The notes under the pieces were generated by a model. The model searched no databases, was not told where the DNA came from, and saw only the letters and a list, made by a program, of their open reading frames with translations. A DNA stretch of 63,993 nt, filler included, from Hausera hauseri (taxonomy: Eukaryota), in assembly GCA_046269625.1 (NCBI GenBank). It is 11 parts of 11 records of this genome, joined end to end, with 100 filler letters (N's around TTAATTAATTAA, not from the genome) between each part and the next. Parts side by side here need not be neighbours in the genome. Positions count along the whole stretch, not along the records: positions 10,559 to 15,336 come from JBJURY010438805.1; positions 15,437 to 20,131 come from JBJURY010472355.1; positions 20,232 to 26,869 come from JBJURY010079658.1; 8 more parts are not named here. One strand, 5' to 3'. The position numbers and the translations under genes are program-made. Shown here piece by piece: positions 10,934-24,273 of the stretch. Every line of letters starts with the position of its first letter. The first letter of the stretch is position 1.

Positions 10934-12226
10934 GTAGGTGCAGTGGCCAGTTTGCCATACGTTAAAAATGCTATTCGAGTAGCTCATTATGTGCTAAAGT
11001 ACACACGACATACTCTACTAGTTGGACAAGCAGCAGCCCAATTCGCAAAGGAAATGGGCTTTCAATGGGAAAATTTGTCAACTAATCGATCAGATAATCT
11101 TTGGCAACAGTGGCGCGCGGCTAAATGTCAACCAAATTTCCGGCGGAACGTCATTCCGGATCCTAATCAACACTGCGGACCTTATTCACCAATTCAATTG
11201 GATGCAGTTCAAATGGGTACGATTGTTGATATTATTTGGAGAGATTTATGGTGAAGGTATCATACTTTATTTTTTAATTCCTTTGAATGCAAATATATTT
11301 TAAGTTAATGAGTTTAGAGCAATTGTAAAATCTCATCCATTTTTGTTTCTACTGTTTTATAATTTGAATTCAATTTTATTGATTTAAAGTATATCCAATA
11401 ATTCATTTGAATTTTTGTTCAACTGTAATTCTGTTTGAACTATGAAAAATTTTTTTTTTGAAAACACCAGCTGCTATGCTCAATTGTATGGATATTTGGA
11501 AATACATTCCAACACCCGATATCTTCATAAAAACTGCATATTGTATAAGCCCAACCATCTTAGTACGCCTGAGTTTTCCAAAACAATAGTTTCTAGCTTA
11601 TGTTTTCTTCTCTCAACAAACTTGAAGTAAGCAAATTACGAACACCAACTGTAAATTTCAGTCAAAGATGACAACTTCCGAGTACCAGGAACAGTTGATG
11701 AGAAGCATCACGATACGATTGGAATGATTGCAATGAACTCTAGAGGTAACATTGCTGTTGGTACGTCCACAAACGGTGCCATTCATCGTGTGCCAGGTCG
11801 AGTGGGAGATACGGCCATTCCAGGTGCCGGTGGCTATGCCGATTCATCAGTAATGCATAATATATGTAACTGACTGACAATGTACAGGTGGGTGGTGCAG
11901 CAGGCACAGGTGATGGTGATGTACTAATGAGGTTTCTGCTATCGTACAGTGCTGTTGATCTCATGCGGAAAGGTCTCAGTCCTACACGGGCATGTGAAGA
12001 GAGTCTTCGTAAAGTAAAGCAGGTAACCCTATGAAGACAAATGATTTAATTGGCCATAATTACTCATTTTAAGATCGGGCATTGGTCGGGTGGGCTAGTT
12101 GCTGTTAATCGAGAGGGTCACTTTGGCGGTGCTTGTGTCGGGTTTAATGACTACAAGATTAGTGTACGCAGTGCTGATACTGGGTTGTCTACAGTTACGT
12201 ACCCGATAAAATGTTTTGAAAAATGA
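10934..12226 (+). CDS. AGA: Aspartylglucosaminidase, 3' exons 10934-11216, 11662-11849, 11888-12022, 12074-12226
   Basis: VGAVASL...HTLLVG...CQPNF...CGPY; HDTIGM autocleavage site; GTSTNG..H.VPGRVGD; GTGDGD; GT-AG introns of 445, 38 and 51 nt keep frame. Confidence 0.93.
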
Positions 12227-12779
12227 CCCCTTGATATTATCTTTCAAATACAATTCTAGAACAATGTCCTTTGGAATTTCTTTTCTTGTATAGCTTTCAT
12301 TATGTCTTTTGTATTTTTGAGAGCCAATTAAGTAAAAATTGGTTATTTATATTCAGTGGCGGCGGTAACAAATATGAAACAATTGTAAATTACGAGTTAG
12401 TAGGGAGAAAATGGGAAGTCTCTCACCCCCACCCCCGGAGGTAATCGATAAATCAATTTTGCACATGGCCAATGAATAGTGCACATGGTGCACTATCCAT
12501 GGGTAGTGTGCTAGGCAACCGTTTGCACATTTCACAAATCGATCGTTGCGCAGTGCACATTAGTGTACATCGATTGATGCACAGTGCATGTGCTCTGCAC
12601 ATATGCAAATGTACAAGATCAATAATATCGGATTTCAGATATTTCCAATATTGATGATTGGCACCCGGCACTGGGTGCAATCGAGTGCAAAATAGATTCT
12701 CTATATGAATGTGTAATTAGAATTTAAATCGATCGAGTGGATTTCGAATAATATCGATCCATAATATCGATTAGCTAGA

Positions 12780-12990
12780 TATTACCCATATTACTTGTAT
12801 TTTACACACAGAGACAAAAACACACATGCACACACGACATATTTTACCTACACATTTCCTATGTTCTGCATTTTACCCACACAGACAAACACACGTACAC
12901 ACGCGCGACTTATTTTAGCTATGCATTTCCCAGTTACTCCCAATTTACATGCACACACACAGGCAGACCAACACACACAGATACACACAC
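12780..12990. repeat. AC-rich low-complexity tandem repeats abutting the broken end of pPolB
   Basis: Repeated ATTTTAC(A/C)CACAC(A)GACAAA..CACAC units and (CA)n tracts. Confidence 0.65.
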
Positions 12991-15336
12991 GACATAAATG
13001 TCCTCAGTATGGATCTGATAGATGAAACTATCAGTATCCATATACATCAGCTGTATGGACTTGAATGTTGGGACCATGATGTCAAAGTGGAATTTGTACA
13101 TCAAGGTCTTTGACAGGTCCAGTATTGCCATACCCACATATATGGGCTTGTTGAACTCAAGCGATGTTTTCAGCATATTGATGCTGACCAAGTTCTCAGC
13201 ATATATGGTGCTGCTGTGGAAGTTGGGCTTGGCAATGAGCTTCTTTGCCGGCTTCCACTCAGAGACCAGTTCGATGTTGATTCTGTTGCGGATATTCTCC
13301 ATGGTCTTGCCAAAATCGTTCTTGGCATTTATCTGCAGCTTCGTATTGAGATCTATGTAGGGCTGCAGCCACAGGGAATTAGTAATGCGGAGTCCATGTC
13401 TAACAGCTTTCAGGAGATTTATATAATGGAATACATACTTCTCCCTTCTATCCAGATGGCAAAGCAGCTTTCTATGCTTTCCATGGGACGGAGGCTTGCT
13501 CTCAGGGAGGAAAGGCAGCTGTTGATGCCTTGTGCGGATAGAAGCCGGATATTCCATATCCACCTCCAGTGTGTATCCCGTATCTCTAGTGGGGTCCAGG
13601 TCCAATATAGGGATGTTTTCAGGATTCTCGACCCATTTGAAATTATCATATGGCAATGGGGCGCTCATTGCCCATCCATACAAGTTGTTGACATCCAGGT
13701 ATGATATATATGAAGATACCTTTGCTGAATTGTATTCAGCCACATACTTGTTGTTGGCCTCGCTATCCCGGTAAATTGTCTGGTATATTCCGCCTCTAAT
13801 GCCTCTCTCAATTATAAGGATCATGTCGTAATTCTTAATGATCTGCAGTCTAATACCAGTATAGCGCAGCATCGCTGCCCAACTCATTCCTGGAGTTGTA
13901 AAGAAATGAGCCGGATCCAAAGCATGGCTCTTCATTGTAACATCCCTGAAACTCCCAAAGACGTCTATCAGCGGCAGCACATCGGTTTGGAGATGTATGT
14001 CATTATATTCCCCTATTGTCCTGCATTGGAATGCCTGCCAGACTTTCTGGGCATGCTGGTAGTCCTTATTACTATTATCACAGTCCGACAGCTGGCTATA
14101 AAAGCCCTCTTTGTCCAGCAATCAGGTATCATCCAGTGTTTTTCATGAGGTTGTTTAGTCATAAGGAAACACGGCTTTCCATTTAACCAGGTCAAAGTTT
14201 GTGGGAAAGAATTGCTTCGTCTCCTTGTGTTCTTCTGAAGGGAGGTTCTTCACTAAACTATCCAGTAAAGGCGACATGAAACGAAGGCTGTCTATGAAGC
14301 AAAGTCGGATTTTACCATTATGCTTAGTGAAAGTGATATATTTCTCCTCACTGTTCGAGATTACATATATTACCACCAATGTTGTCTAATTCTCGGACTA
14401 TGAAATGCAAATCATGGCCGTTATGATTACGGAACACTATAGGTACATATGTGCATGTTTTGCAACGTAGATTGCAGTTGTTACGTGCTCCCCACGATAT
14501 ACATCTGTAAAATGGTAGTGATCCTTGGCTTTCCAATTTTCCTTGGTGAAAGACTTGTCACACAAATAACATGCTGTTGTCTTGCGCCATTCTTCTTCTT
14601 GTTCCCATGACACGCTCATATTATTCTTATGGTGTTGAAAATGTTTTCAAGCCTATGAGCCATGTCTTCAAGTCGTTTTATGAAATGTGCTGCTGCGCCT
14701 GGACCCCTGAATAGAAATATTTTACTGTCTAATCCTTTGGCATACATGGAATACGATGAGTGTTCCTGATATTGATATGCCATTGTGCTGCTATGTTGAG
14801 GACTAGGAGTGCAGTTGTGAATTGGTCGGCGAATAGCTTCAAAGTCGCAATAAATAACTATTGGGACCTTGATCTTCTTCTCGAACTCCTTGAATTCAAT
14901 ATAGTCCTCCTTGGGAAATTCTGGCCTTACACAGTAATTGTTATTGCAGTACATTTTGTGCTCTGCAAGCTTGTCCACTGCTGCATCACCACTGAAATGG
15001 GAAAATCATTGTTTACATATTTCTATTTGTCCATGATGATTCGTAATTTGGGATCTGACTAGACTCTCACAATTCTTGATCCAAACGTAATGATTCTTTT
15101 CTCCATCGTCTAGTAAGAGCAGATCCCTATGATCTTCCAATTTAGTATCATGTATCTGCAAGGGATACAATATATCTTCCTCATCCAATCCAAAGATGTT
15201 GATGGATATATTGTTGATTCTGCTGAACTTCTTAATTTCATCTATGGATGGAAGGAATATGATACATTGGAAGTCATAGTTGTGCTTCAGATCATTATAT
15301 AGCCAAACTCGATCTGCTGCATGTTTTTGATCCGGT
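12990..15336 (-). mobile_element. pPolB: Polinton/Maverick protein-primed DNA polymerase B pseudogene
   Basis: HYVWIKN, VIYCDFEA (ExoI), CYLC...DHYHFT (endonuclease VII-like insert), FIDSLRF, YLDVNNLYGWAMS (motif A), YMDTDS (motif C); several frameshifts. Confidence 0.92.
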
Positions 15337-15436
15337 NNNNNNNNNNNNNNNNNNNNNNNNNNNNNNNNNNNNNNNNNNNNTTAATTAATTAANNNNNNNN
15401 NNNNNNNNNNNNNNNNNNNNNNNNNNNNNNNNNNNN

Positions 15437-18400
15437 AACCTATTTCTTATATTCTCCATAGTTTTTCCAAAAACTGAGTTGTTGTACAATTTGAATTGAT
15501 CTTTTTCAAAATTATTCGTTGCATTTGTCCGAAGATTTGTATTGAATTGTATATATGGCAGAAGCCATTTGGACTGATCTTGTTCAAAATTGATTTATGG
15601 AATATCTCGGAATAAATATAATCAATTGCACATTATCTGTTTGCAGAAAGTAAAGTTATGAAATATATACAATAACATCACCAAATAGTAACGAGATATG
15701 CATAAAGGGGGTTTGTTTTTTTCTGAAATCGTTGGCTCTGTTGATTACAGCAAGTATCACATGGTCTGTAATAAATGTAACGAATGTTAGCGTCTTTGCT
15801 AAGACCCTGCTCATTAACAGCAAGAGGTGTCTCATTTAGGTGGACGGAAGAAAACCAGGTCAGTGCAATTTAATAAGCTTTGCTCCGCATGCAGATTAAT
15901 TAAAGTTTGTGGCAGAGTTTTCTGTGTTCAGTTTGAAACAGCAAGCAGGTTTAAATGGGCTTTAGTTTGGGTTTGTTAGGATGATACTGTGGTCAGGTAA
16001 GCGGCTTCAGGTCAATATCACAGTGTCCTTTTCTGACACAAACTGCTGTTGCTGAGATAGAGTTTGGACAATCACACAAAATACAAACATGCATGAATGG
16101 AGCTTAGAAATCTTCTCAGAATGAGTTAGATGTCCTTCAGTCTTCAGAATAAACACTTCTAAGCTAAATGCATACATGGTTTGTCAGTTTTTATATCCAA
16201 AACATTTAGGACTCAAATAAAAGGCAACTAGACTTTTAATTGTTTATTTTATTCCTCTCATCTTAAAGACTTTTTCATCTTTAGTTATGAGTTGTGAGGT
16301 CATAAAATTGTAATGGGGACCATGTTGGAGTCTCATGACCCACTCACCCTCCATCTTGTGAGTCATTTGGTTCATCATTTGTGTGTTACTTACCAGCTGG
16401 ACCAAAATGTTAAATTGTTTGGATCACATGTTTGAAGGCGTGAATGGTTGTGAAACTGCCTGAGGATGAAACTGTAAAACCGATCCTACAGACGTTGGGT
16501 ACTAAACAGTGACTTGGAGCTGTTTACCATCCACAGAGCCAAGACATTTGTGGAAAACTAAGGGCATGTTGAAGAACCACCTGACAAAAAATGGCAAAAC
16601 ACACATGTCTGAACTGGGTCACTGGACTGCCTTTAGCTTCAATGGCATGTGGATCAGATGGTCTACGTGATTTACAAATGACATCTCATGAATTGATTGA
16701 AGAGGTGATTATAATGGGGATTAAATTTGGTCTGGTTTGGTACCCTCTGAATCTGTTCTGTGTTCAAAAACATGCTTAAGTTAAGTTGGGTTAAGTTGAG
16801 GTAAGTTAAGTTAAGTTGAGTTAAGTTGGGTTAAGTTAAGTTGGGTTAAGTTAAGTTGAGATGAGATGAGATGAGATACAAGTCTTGTTTGATTCAGTTC
16901 TGTCATGTTTTTCTTAACCTTGTGAGGTAAGATTGATGAGTTGTTGTTTTAAGTTTTATTTTGGCAGACAGGTCAGTCAGTTGTTTCATAATGATAGGTT
17001 CTGGTTTAAAGCACAGTACTAAGCTATTGCATTTCATCTAAGCATTGAAGTTTATTTTTCAGTGGAACGATAATCCAAACACAGAGAAACATTAAGTCGA
17101 CTAACACTATAAGTTTCTTTTTCTTTACAGGTGAGGATTTTCAACAGGAAAGGAGGATGCAGCTGAAAATGATGTTTTTTGTGTAAACTGGTTATGTAAC
17201 CGTCATAACTCTGTGTGTGTGGGTGTGTGGCCACTGTCTGTTTTTGTCTGTATGTTTGTCTCTATGTCTGTGTGTCCTGACTCAACTTTAAAGTACAATA
17301 AGTGAATCATTTAAGACCGGTCAGATATCAAGGGGTCAAGACCACTTGATGGGAGGTTAATTAAGTACAATTTAATTTGGATTTTTTATTTGGAGCTCCA
17401 TTTAACTCAATTCAATAATAAGGCCTATAATTTACAGTTCAAAAACAGTTATGTGTTTGTCTGAAAATGACATGTTTATTTGTTTTATTGTTTTTCTTTT
17501 ATGCATTTTTTCAGCCTATGTTTTTATTTATGAAGAGGAAAATTGTGTGGTGAGGGTAGCTAACAATTAACTTCTGATAATTTTGTTTAAGGTTATGTCA
17601 CTTTAATTCAGTTACGCCTGTATGACATTGCAGGTTCGGGATTGATGGATTGTGATTTCATTTTCGTTTTGCAAATGTTTTTTCTATGATGGTCTCCTGG
17701 AGAATTTGTTTGTTTGATTATTCCTCGGGTTTGTTTCTTTCTTTTTGTGTTGCTCTGTAGAGTACAGGACTGTTTTTACAGTCCTGTGGGGGGGAAGAGA
17801 TACAGACACCAAAGGTCTGTTGAGCCAAATTTGTTTGTTTCTCTGTTTCACTTTAGTTTGTTTTTGTTTTTAATGCATTAAATTTGATAGGGTCTCAGAC
17901 TATTCAAAACACAACAGAAAGGGGTTTTGGGTCAGTCGCTATATGAAGTCATAACAAGAATCTAACGGCTTCAATTTGAAGATGTCAACTGCTTTAATTT
18001 GTTTTCTTTACATTGTTGTCAATTTTTCTTTTTGTTTAGTCACACTTCCTGTTCAGTATTCCATTGTTAACTTTGAATGACAGTTTAAACAACAGTTTTG
18101 AGAGTTACTCAAGAAGAAACGATCTCCACAAGGTCTGATTTAAAATTATGTCAACAAATATTGAACGTATATTTTCAATCTCAGAATCAAGTTGTCTAAC
18201 ACATTTTCTTTTTGTTTTTGTGTGTTCGAGTTTGTGTTTTCACAGTTCTTAGATGTGATGGTCGAGCCTGGAGCCCCCTGAGAGCCCGAGACCTCAATCT
18301 TTTAGACACACTCAACAACAGCTGACCATGACGGCAGGTTTCACACCTGAGAGACTGGAAAAGCGACTTCAACTCTGTTCATGCCAAAAACAGAGGTTGG

Positions 18401-19497
18401 TAAACCTGCAGAGACTTTGAAATGAAATCAAAGTACTTCATGGGAGAAGATGAACTGTCGCTGAAATGATCCTTGTTGAGATGCAAAGACAGAGAAACTG
18501 CCATAAAGAACCGTTCAATGTGAGATCTGACCTTATCAAGCTGGTCAGGCCATGGTCAGAGGTCCTCATATGGACATCCAGTCTTTACGAGCAGGCAAGG
18601 CCAAGACTGGGAGGTTGTGTAGTGTGGAGGTCATTGGACATGTGACAAAACAGGAGGCGTGTTCCTCACTGGCTGGGAGGGGAGCTCCAGGTGCGATCAT
18701 CTCCACAAGGGCTTTGAAACCGCGGCTGTTCTAAAGTAAGTTTTTCACCCTGACATGTTATTACACAGGAATCTCACTAATGAGTCACAACTTTTGTTAA
18801 ACTACTTAGAATTGTTAATATCTGAGTTGTCATGTTGCTGTCATATTTTGAAATAGACATTTTATTTTCCAAGGTGGTTGAATGAGGAGGATAAACAAAG
18901 TTTTATATTAAATACACACTGGGGTTTAAGTAATTGGCTGTTATTATTTTTGTCTCCATCATGAGATTTTATTTGACTTATTTTTCTTTATTTTTCGATC
19001 TAGCTATGGCCTGTAGCGCCTGTGCTGTGAATGATGGTGAAATCATTATGGGCTACCTGTGTCCAGAAGCTGAAGATTATTGTCTGATGAGTTCATTTAC
19101 TCCAGGATTTCAGCTTTCTATGCAACAGTTTTATGTACTTCAATGTTTGTTTTGAACTAGAGGTTATTGATACGACGGAAGGATGTAAAATGTTTGAGTT
19201 TCTGTTGCCGCTGTCTTTTATTTTAGTCACAGAAAACCTTTACCTTCCACAAAACATCTCCAGAGAAGATCCAGAAGAGGGACGCGAAGACTTTAACACA
19301 GGGGATGACATTGAATTGTCCCCCAGGTATCCAGACATGGACCTTGAATTTGACAAAGACTATGATGTTGACTAACCACTTCCCTCTAGGTGAAACTACC
19401 CATGATCATTCCAATGAAAGTCTGAAAAGAAGAGTTGGTAATGTGAAAATTTTACCCTTAACATCTAGTAATAAAATAGTGATAAACAGGGGGGACA
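15437..19497 (+). mobile_element. Non-coding internal region of an ERV/LTR element with integrase remnant
   Basis: YHPQSQ at 16525-16542 followed by LNWVTGLPLA (integrase-core remnant); ends in PPT AAACAGGGGGGA at 19484-19495. Confidence 0.6.
16776..16878. repeat. Pentanucleotide microsatellite (GTTAA/GTTGG/GTTGA)n followed by (GAGAT)n
   Basis: Direct reading of the sequence. Confidence 0.9.
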
Positions 19498-20063
19498 TGT
19501 TGGAGAAATGTTGTATTTAGTGCCAACTATATTTACTTATTATGCACTTATTCACTAATCATTTTATACATTGAAGGTTTTATCAGTATTTTATTAACAT
19601 TTATATGTTCATTTAAAAGGGTTCAATAGAACATGTATTTTCATTTCTTTGTCTCATGTTCTGTGTTGCAGAGACCAGTTGTTGGTGTATGAGTGAAACC
19701 AGCAACCCAATTAAAAACTTATCTGAGCGAAACTGAATGTTCCAGCTGTGTCTCCCACATGGGCAGTTCCCGAGCAGCTCCCTTAAAAACACTATCTGAT
19801 TTATTGTTTCTATGATATTTTCCAATGCAGGTTGCAGTCTGTATCTGTGTGAATTACCCTCCCTTTAGAGACTGTGGCCATATGTAATTAGGGAATTCCT
19901 AACTCAATAAATATGCAGGGAGACCCCAGATTCTTCAGAGTGTGTCAGAGACTGTGACTGAGGTGCATCTCTCTGGGGCACTCTCCCTGCAGGAAAACGA
20001 ATAATCTTGTCTGTGTCTTTCCTTACAGTTGTTCTTTAGAAATGTTATGGTTTATACCTGACA
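19498..20063 (+). mobile_element. LTR (TG...CA, 566 bp)
   Basis: Starts TGTTGG just after the PPT, ends CTGACA, contains a TATA-like ATAAATA, followed by a PBS. Confidence 0.75.
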
Positions 20064-20069
20064 TTTAAT

Positions 20070-20088
20070 TGGTCCTTCGAAGCCTGGA
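20070..20088 (+). promoter_or_regulatory. Primer-binding site, tRNA-Tyr-like
   Basis: TGGTCCTTCGAAGCCTGGA versus the complement of the vertebrate tRNA-Tyr 3' end, TGGTCCTTCGAGCCGGA; first 11 nt identical. Confidence 0.7.
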
Positions 20089-21981
20089 CGTCAACATACC
20101 TGAAGGTTTCCAGTGGGTGAGTGAGAATCTGNNNNNNNNNNNNNNNNNNNNNNNNNNNNNNNNNNNNNNNNNNNNTTAATTAATTAANNNNNNNNNNNNN
20201 NNNNNNNNNNNNNNNNNNNNNNNNNNNNNNNTTTTCCAACATGATTTATTGTTTATTTTTGCCTGTGAAGACTCTGCTACTTATTCATACGGATTTGTAT
20301 GTTTCATGTGAGGATACCTTTCGGTGAACTTGTCTGCAACATTCGATGTTGTCATCTTTCTGTGAGACATTTACTTCCTGACAACCATAATTTTTGGATT
20401 GAATCAATGCACATACACATACATATACATATGCACATCTATACATGCTAATATACACACTTATGCACCTATTTTATTAAAAGCACATGAACTCATTTAT
20501 ATACATACCTTGTTCTCCTTATTTACATATGTGAATTTATATACACTCTATTTTAATAATTGCGCGTTTTGTTCTTTTTTTTGCTGTTGTGTGACTTGAT
20601 TTTTTTGGCTGGTTTGTGTGCCTTTTTTATCCGGGAGCAGCACAAAGACGGCTAGAGCGATATAAACTGACACTCTTGTTTGCTATGACCTTGTTGGTTA
20701 TTTTGCTTCACTGAATTCTCCCTCTTTTCTCCCAATTTAAATGAAGTTCCATCGCACTGTGGGAACAGACTATTATTGATGTACCTTTGTGGATGTAATA
20801 CTTACAATGCGTAGATAGCACAATCAATATTTAGCCCCGGAGTGTGTGGGGTGTGGTTTCTGGCTACTGCTAGTTCCTGGATGGAAGCTGCTGTTTGTGT
20901 CCATGATGTCTATCAGCGAAACTCGTGTTCCTGTGCTGCGTGGTTGTCTGGTCTTTACATAGCGCTGTTGTTGATCTGAAGCGTGTCAGTGTCTACTAAG
21001 CGTCACACTGTGATGCTCTTTTTGCTCTGATTCATGTTCGGTAGGGATGTATGATGCCACCTTGTGCTGTTGTTGTCTCTGTACGTGACTATTCTTCTGT
21101 GTGGCGCATTTACTGGCGAACCTCTGAGGTATGTCTCACGTTCCTCTGAATTTCCGGTGCCGCTATTGTTGACACTCCCCGAGAGCGTGGCTTGAAGCAC
21201 CAAGATGGACTCGTGCGGTGAAAATAAACCTGCACTAACTTTTACTACCTCTGTGATGTGTTCCGTGATATTGGAGGGATGGGCAGCTGGGTTTGTTGGG
21301 AGGCTGTGGAATTGCCAATGGCGACTACTGTGTTTCACACATGAGGCGTCCCACGTGATCTTCTCTGAACGAGATTAAGCTTGAAAGTTCTATACGTTTG
21401 CCTTGGTGGTGGGTAATGGTTTGCAAGGGTTGCCCTCGCAGGACGACATGGGCATAGATAATGCACGAGGACCACAGTCTATCACTGCTGCTGGGCTCTA
21501 TTGTCATTTGTTTTCATCTTGATGTGGAGGGAAGGCCTGTGCGCCCTTACTCTTGTTTGATGTTGTGTTTTCTTGTTGGATGCTGAACTGCGAGCCTCAC
21601 AGAATATATCGTCTGTTGGTTGCATTTCGATACTGCAGGTTGTGTTCGATACAAACGCTATGTTCGTTCACAACCTATTACTCAATAGCTCGAAGTCTGT
21701 TCCCTCATTGTGTTGTGGTGTGATATTGTACTGTTTTTGTTTTGTTTTTTTTTTTTTGTTCTTGTTTCCGTTCTACATAACCTGTTCTCTGTGCCGACTG
21801 TTCGTTTTTGTGATAACTGGACGGAGTGTGGTGTGTCTACTGTACTGACAGTAACCACTGTGTTGTTGTGGGCACTATGCTTTTGTTGTGGTGAAGCTTA
21901 TTGATTTTATTGCCTTTTTACTGTCATCATTTTTATCCGTTCATTATATACTGCATTTAACGTTGTCGTTGAGGGGGATGG

Positions 21982-23670
21982 ATGATCAACCGCCAAGCGA
22001 CGATGACAACAGAGGGGCTGGTTGGTGATGACTGCTACTTTTTTCGTTCGCACAACGGTGGGCATATTGTAGCACGTGGCAGTCGGAGGGTACGTGAATG
22101 GTGTGATGAGGCTGAGGAGATTGTAACGAGTCCTGTTGTGTCTTCGTTTTATGGTGAGAACAATCGCGCCATTGCGAATCGTGACGTGAAGCACAATCGC
22201 CGGGGACATGGTGGCAGCTTTACTACTGAGTGTTGGAATGGAAATAGCACAGAGGATGCGGGGCCAGCTGATGTTCTCACATGCCCTGTATGTATGCGTG
22301 TTTTCACTGGGAATATTCATAAAGGCCTAAGAAGTAATTATAACAGGCATATGATGACTCACACTAACATCTACAAATATGCTTGCATTGCGTGCAGTTA
22401 TCGGTTTGTTTCTAGCTCCAACCTTAAGAGGCACGTTAGTCGTCGTCATCCGGGGTTGCTGCCTGCGCTTCTGACAGCTTTGAGATCCCAGGGTCTGAAG
22501 GAATGGAGCTGTGGTGATAACTGGATGACAGAGCCGCTCGCTGATAGTGTCAAAGCTGAGTGTAGTGCAGACTGCAGTCCCCATGATTGTATCCGTGTCG
22601 ATTCTGTCGGTAACGAAACGATTGGACGCTGTCGTCGACATAGCGGCGATGATGACAACAAGGACTCCATGAGACCTCATGATTCTCAGAGCAGCATTGT
22701 TCCAACTGTCCGCTGTGGGATTGACCCTGGAAACTGCTCTGGTCCTGTAGCGATTCATCCTTGCCGTGTTGAAGGCACTGCTGTTTCGACTATGGAGGTT
22801 GCGAATGGACTTCACTGTTGTCCACACTGCGAGAAACAGCATGTGTGGAAGAACAGTTTAACAAACCATGTAAAAATGAAACATAGTGATGTGCGCTCTG
22901 AATACGTGTGTGATGCCTGACATGCGAGGCTTAGCAGCAGGAGCAAGTGACGGCATCATGCTATCCATCATTGTCCCTTTAGGGAAGAGGAATATTGTAT
23001 AAAACACCATGACAGACTGTTACGAAACGATATATCTGCACGTGCTGGAGGAAGTGCCTGTATGTCTGTTCATTGCGATGGCGACTACGACAGTATTGGA
23101 ACCTACAGCATTGTACGAAAACATCTCGGTGCTGATGCTGTTGTTGCCCGCAGTTATGCCGGCTGTAAGGGAGGCAATGAGTATGTTGGTGTTGAGTGTG
23201 CCACTAGAACGTTGAGAGGGCGTGAATTCGTCGCTGAGAGTGATGCAACATCTCTCATTGTCAACGGGGAAGGTACTCCTATTACGTCGCTATCGCACCA
23301 GGCACTTGGTGGGGACAGTGTCACTCATGAGCGTGTCGATGATAATGATCTGAGGTGTGACGCTACTGCTTCTTCTAAGACCGCCCTTGCGCCACTCCCT
23401 TTCAATGTGTACATTTCCGTTGGTAACATACGTGGCGCTGGACGGTGCTGCCCGAGTATTAGGGCCATGAAGCGTGTGCCGTGCTTGAACGGCGCTGGTG
23501 GTGGACTCGATGCCATCGATGGGAGCTGCACACCGTGCGTGCTCGGGATTGTTGAGAAGTCGGATATTAAATATTACATTTGCCCATATGATTGTATGCA
23601 TGTATACACTCGCCAAAGATATCTGAAGGCCCATCTTCTTCTTGTACATGGTGCTGTGACTCGGATGTAG
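21982..23670 (+). pseudogene. Multi-C2H2 zinc-finger protein with two in-frame TGA codons (22918, 22948)
   Basis: CPVC...HMMTH, CIAC...HVSRRH, CPHC...HVKMKH, CDA*HARLSSRSK*RHHAIHH, CPYDC...HLLLVH; ORFs 21982-22920 and 23062-23670 are in the same frame. Confidence 0.75.
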
Positions 23671-24273
23671 TGTGTGTCTGAGTGACATCGCTGGGAGCGT
23701 TGCTTTGTGGCATTTGTCTGTCAGGTTGTTCGCACCGATTCTTATCTCTCATTGTGTGTATACTCTATGCGGTGAGAGTGTCATGGAGCGTGTGCCCGCG
23801 AGCCTCTGTCCTGTGTACTCGGGCAGCTGTGTCTGGGGGGGTTGAGATACCAATGGCATGCAAGCGTCAAGACTGAGACTAAGTTGCACTTGCACTATGT
23901 CTCTGATTCTTGCCAGGTGCAATCATAGCTATCGTGAATGCTATACGGTATTCAGTAATGTATGTAGCTACGACGCGATTGAGTGGCGTAGGATGATGCT
24001 TTCCAACAACACTCTGTATCCCGATGCTTGAACTGTCTCTTTGCTTGCTGAACACATGACCATGGCCCTCGTATACGGTTTATGAGCATTCTGCATAACG
24101 TAATAGGGTTCTGTCTTGCTGTTTACACACACACACACTGTCTGCCGTATCCTGCAGTTGGTTGTAGTGGTCAAGCAGAACTCATTTAGGTAATTACACC
24201 AGATTGATGGTTCCCCTCGTTTCCGTCTGTCACATCACTGACTGCAAAGGACTCTATTAATTGTTCGTGTGCA

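Noticed and set aside
12440-12700. GTGCAC/TGCA-rich stretch as an RNA gene
   Set aside because: Only short palindromic low-complexity motifs; no recognisable tRNA or ncRNA structure.
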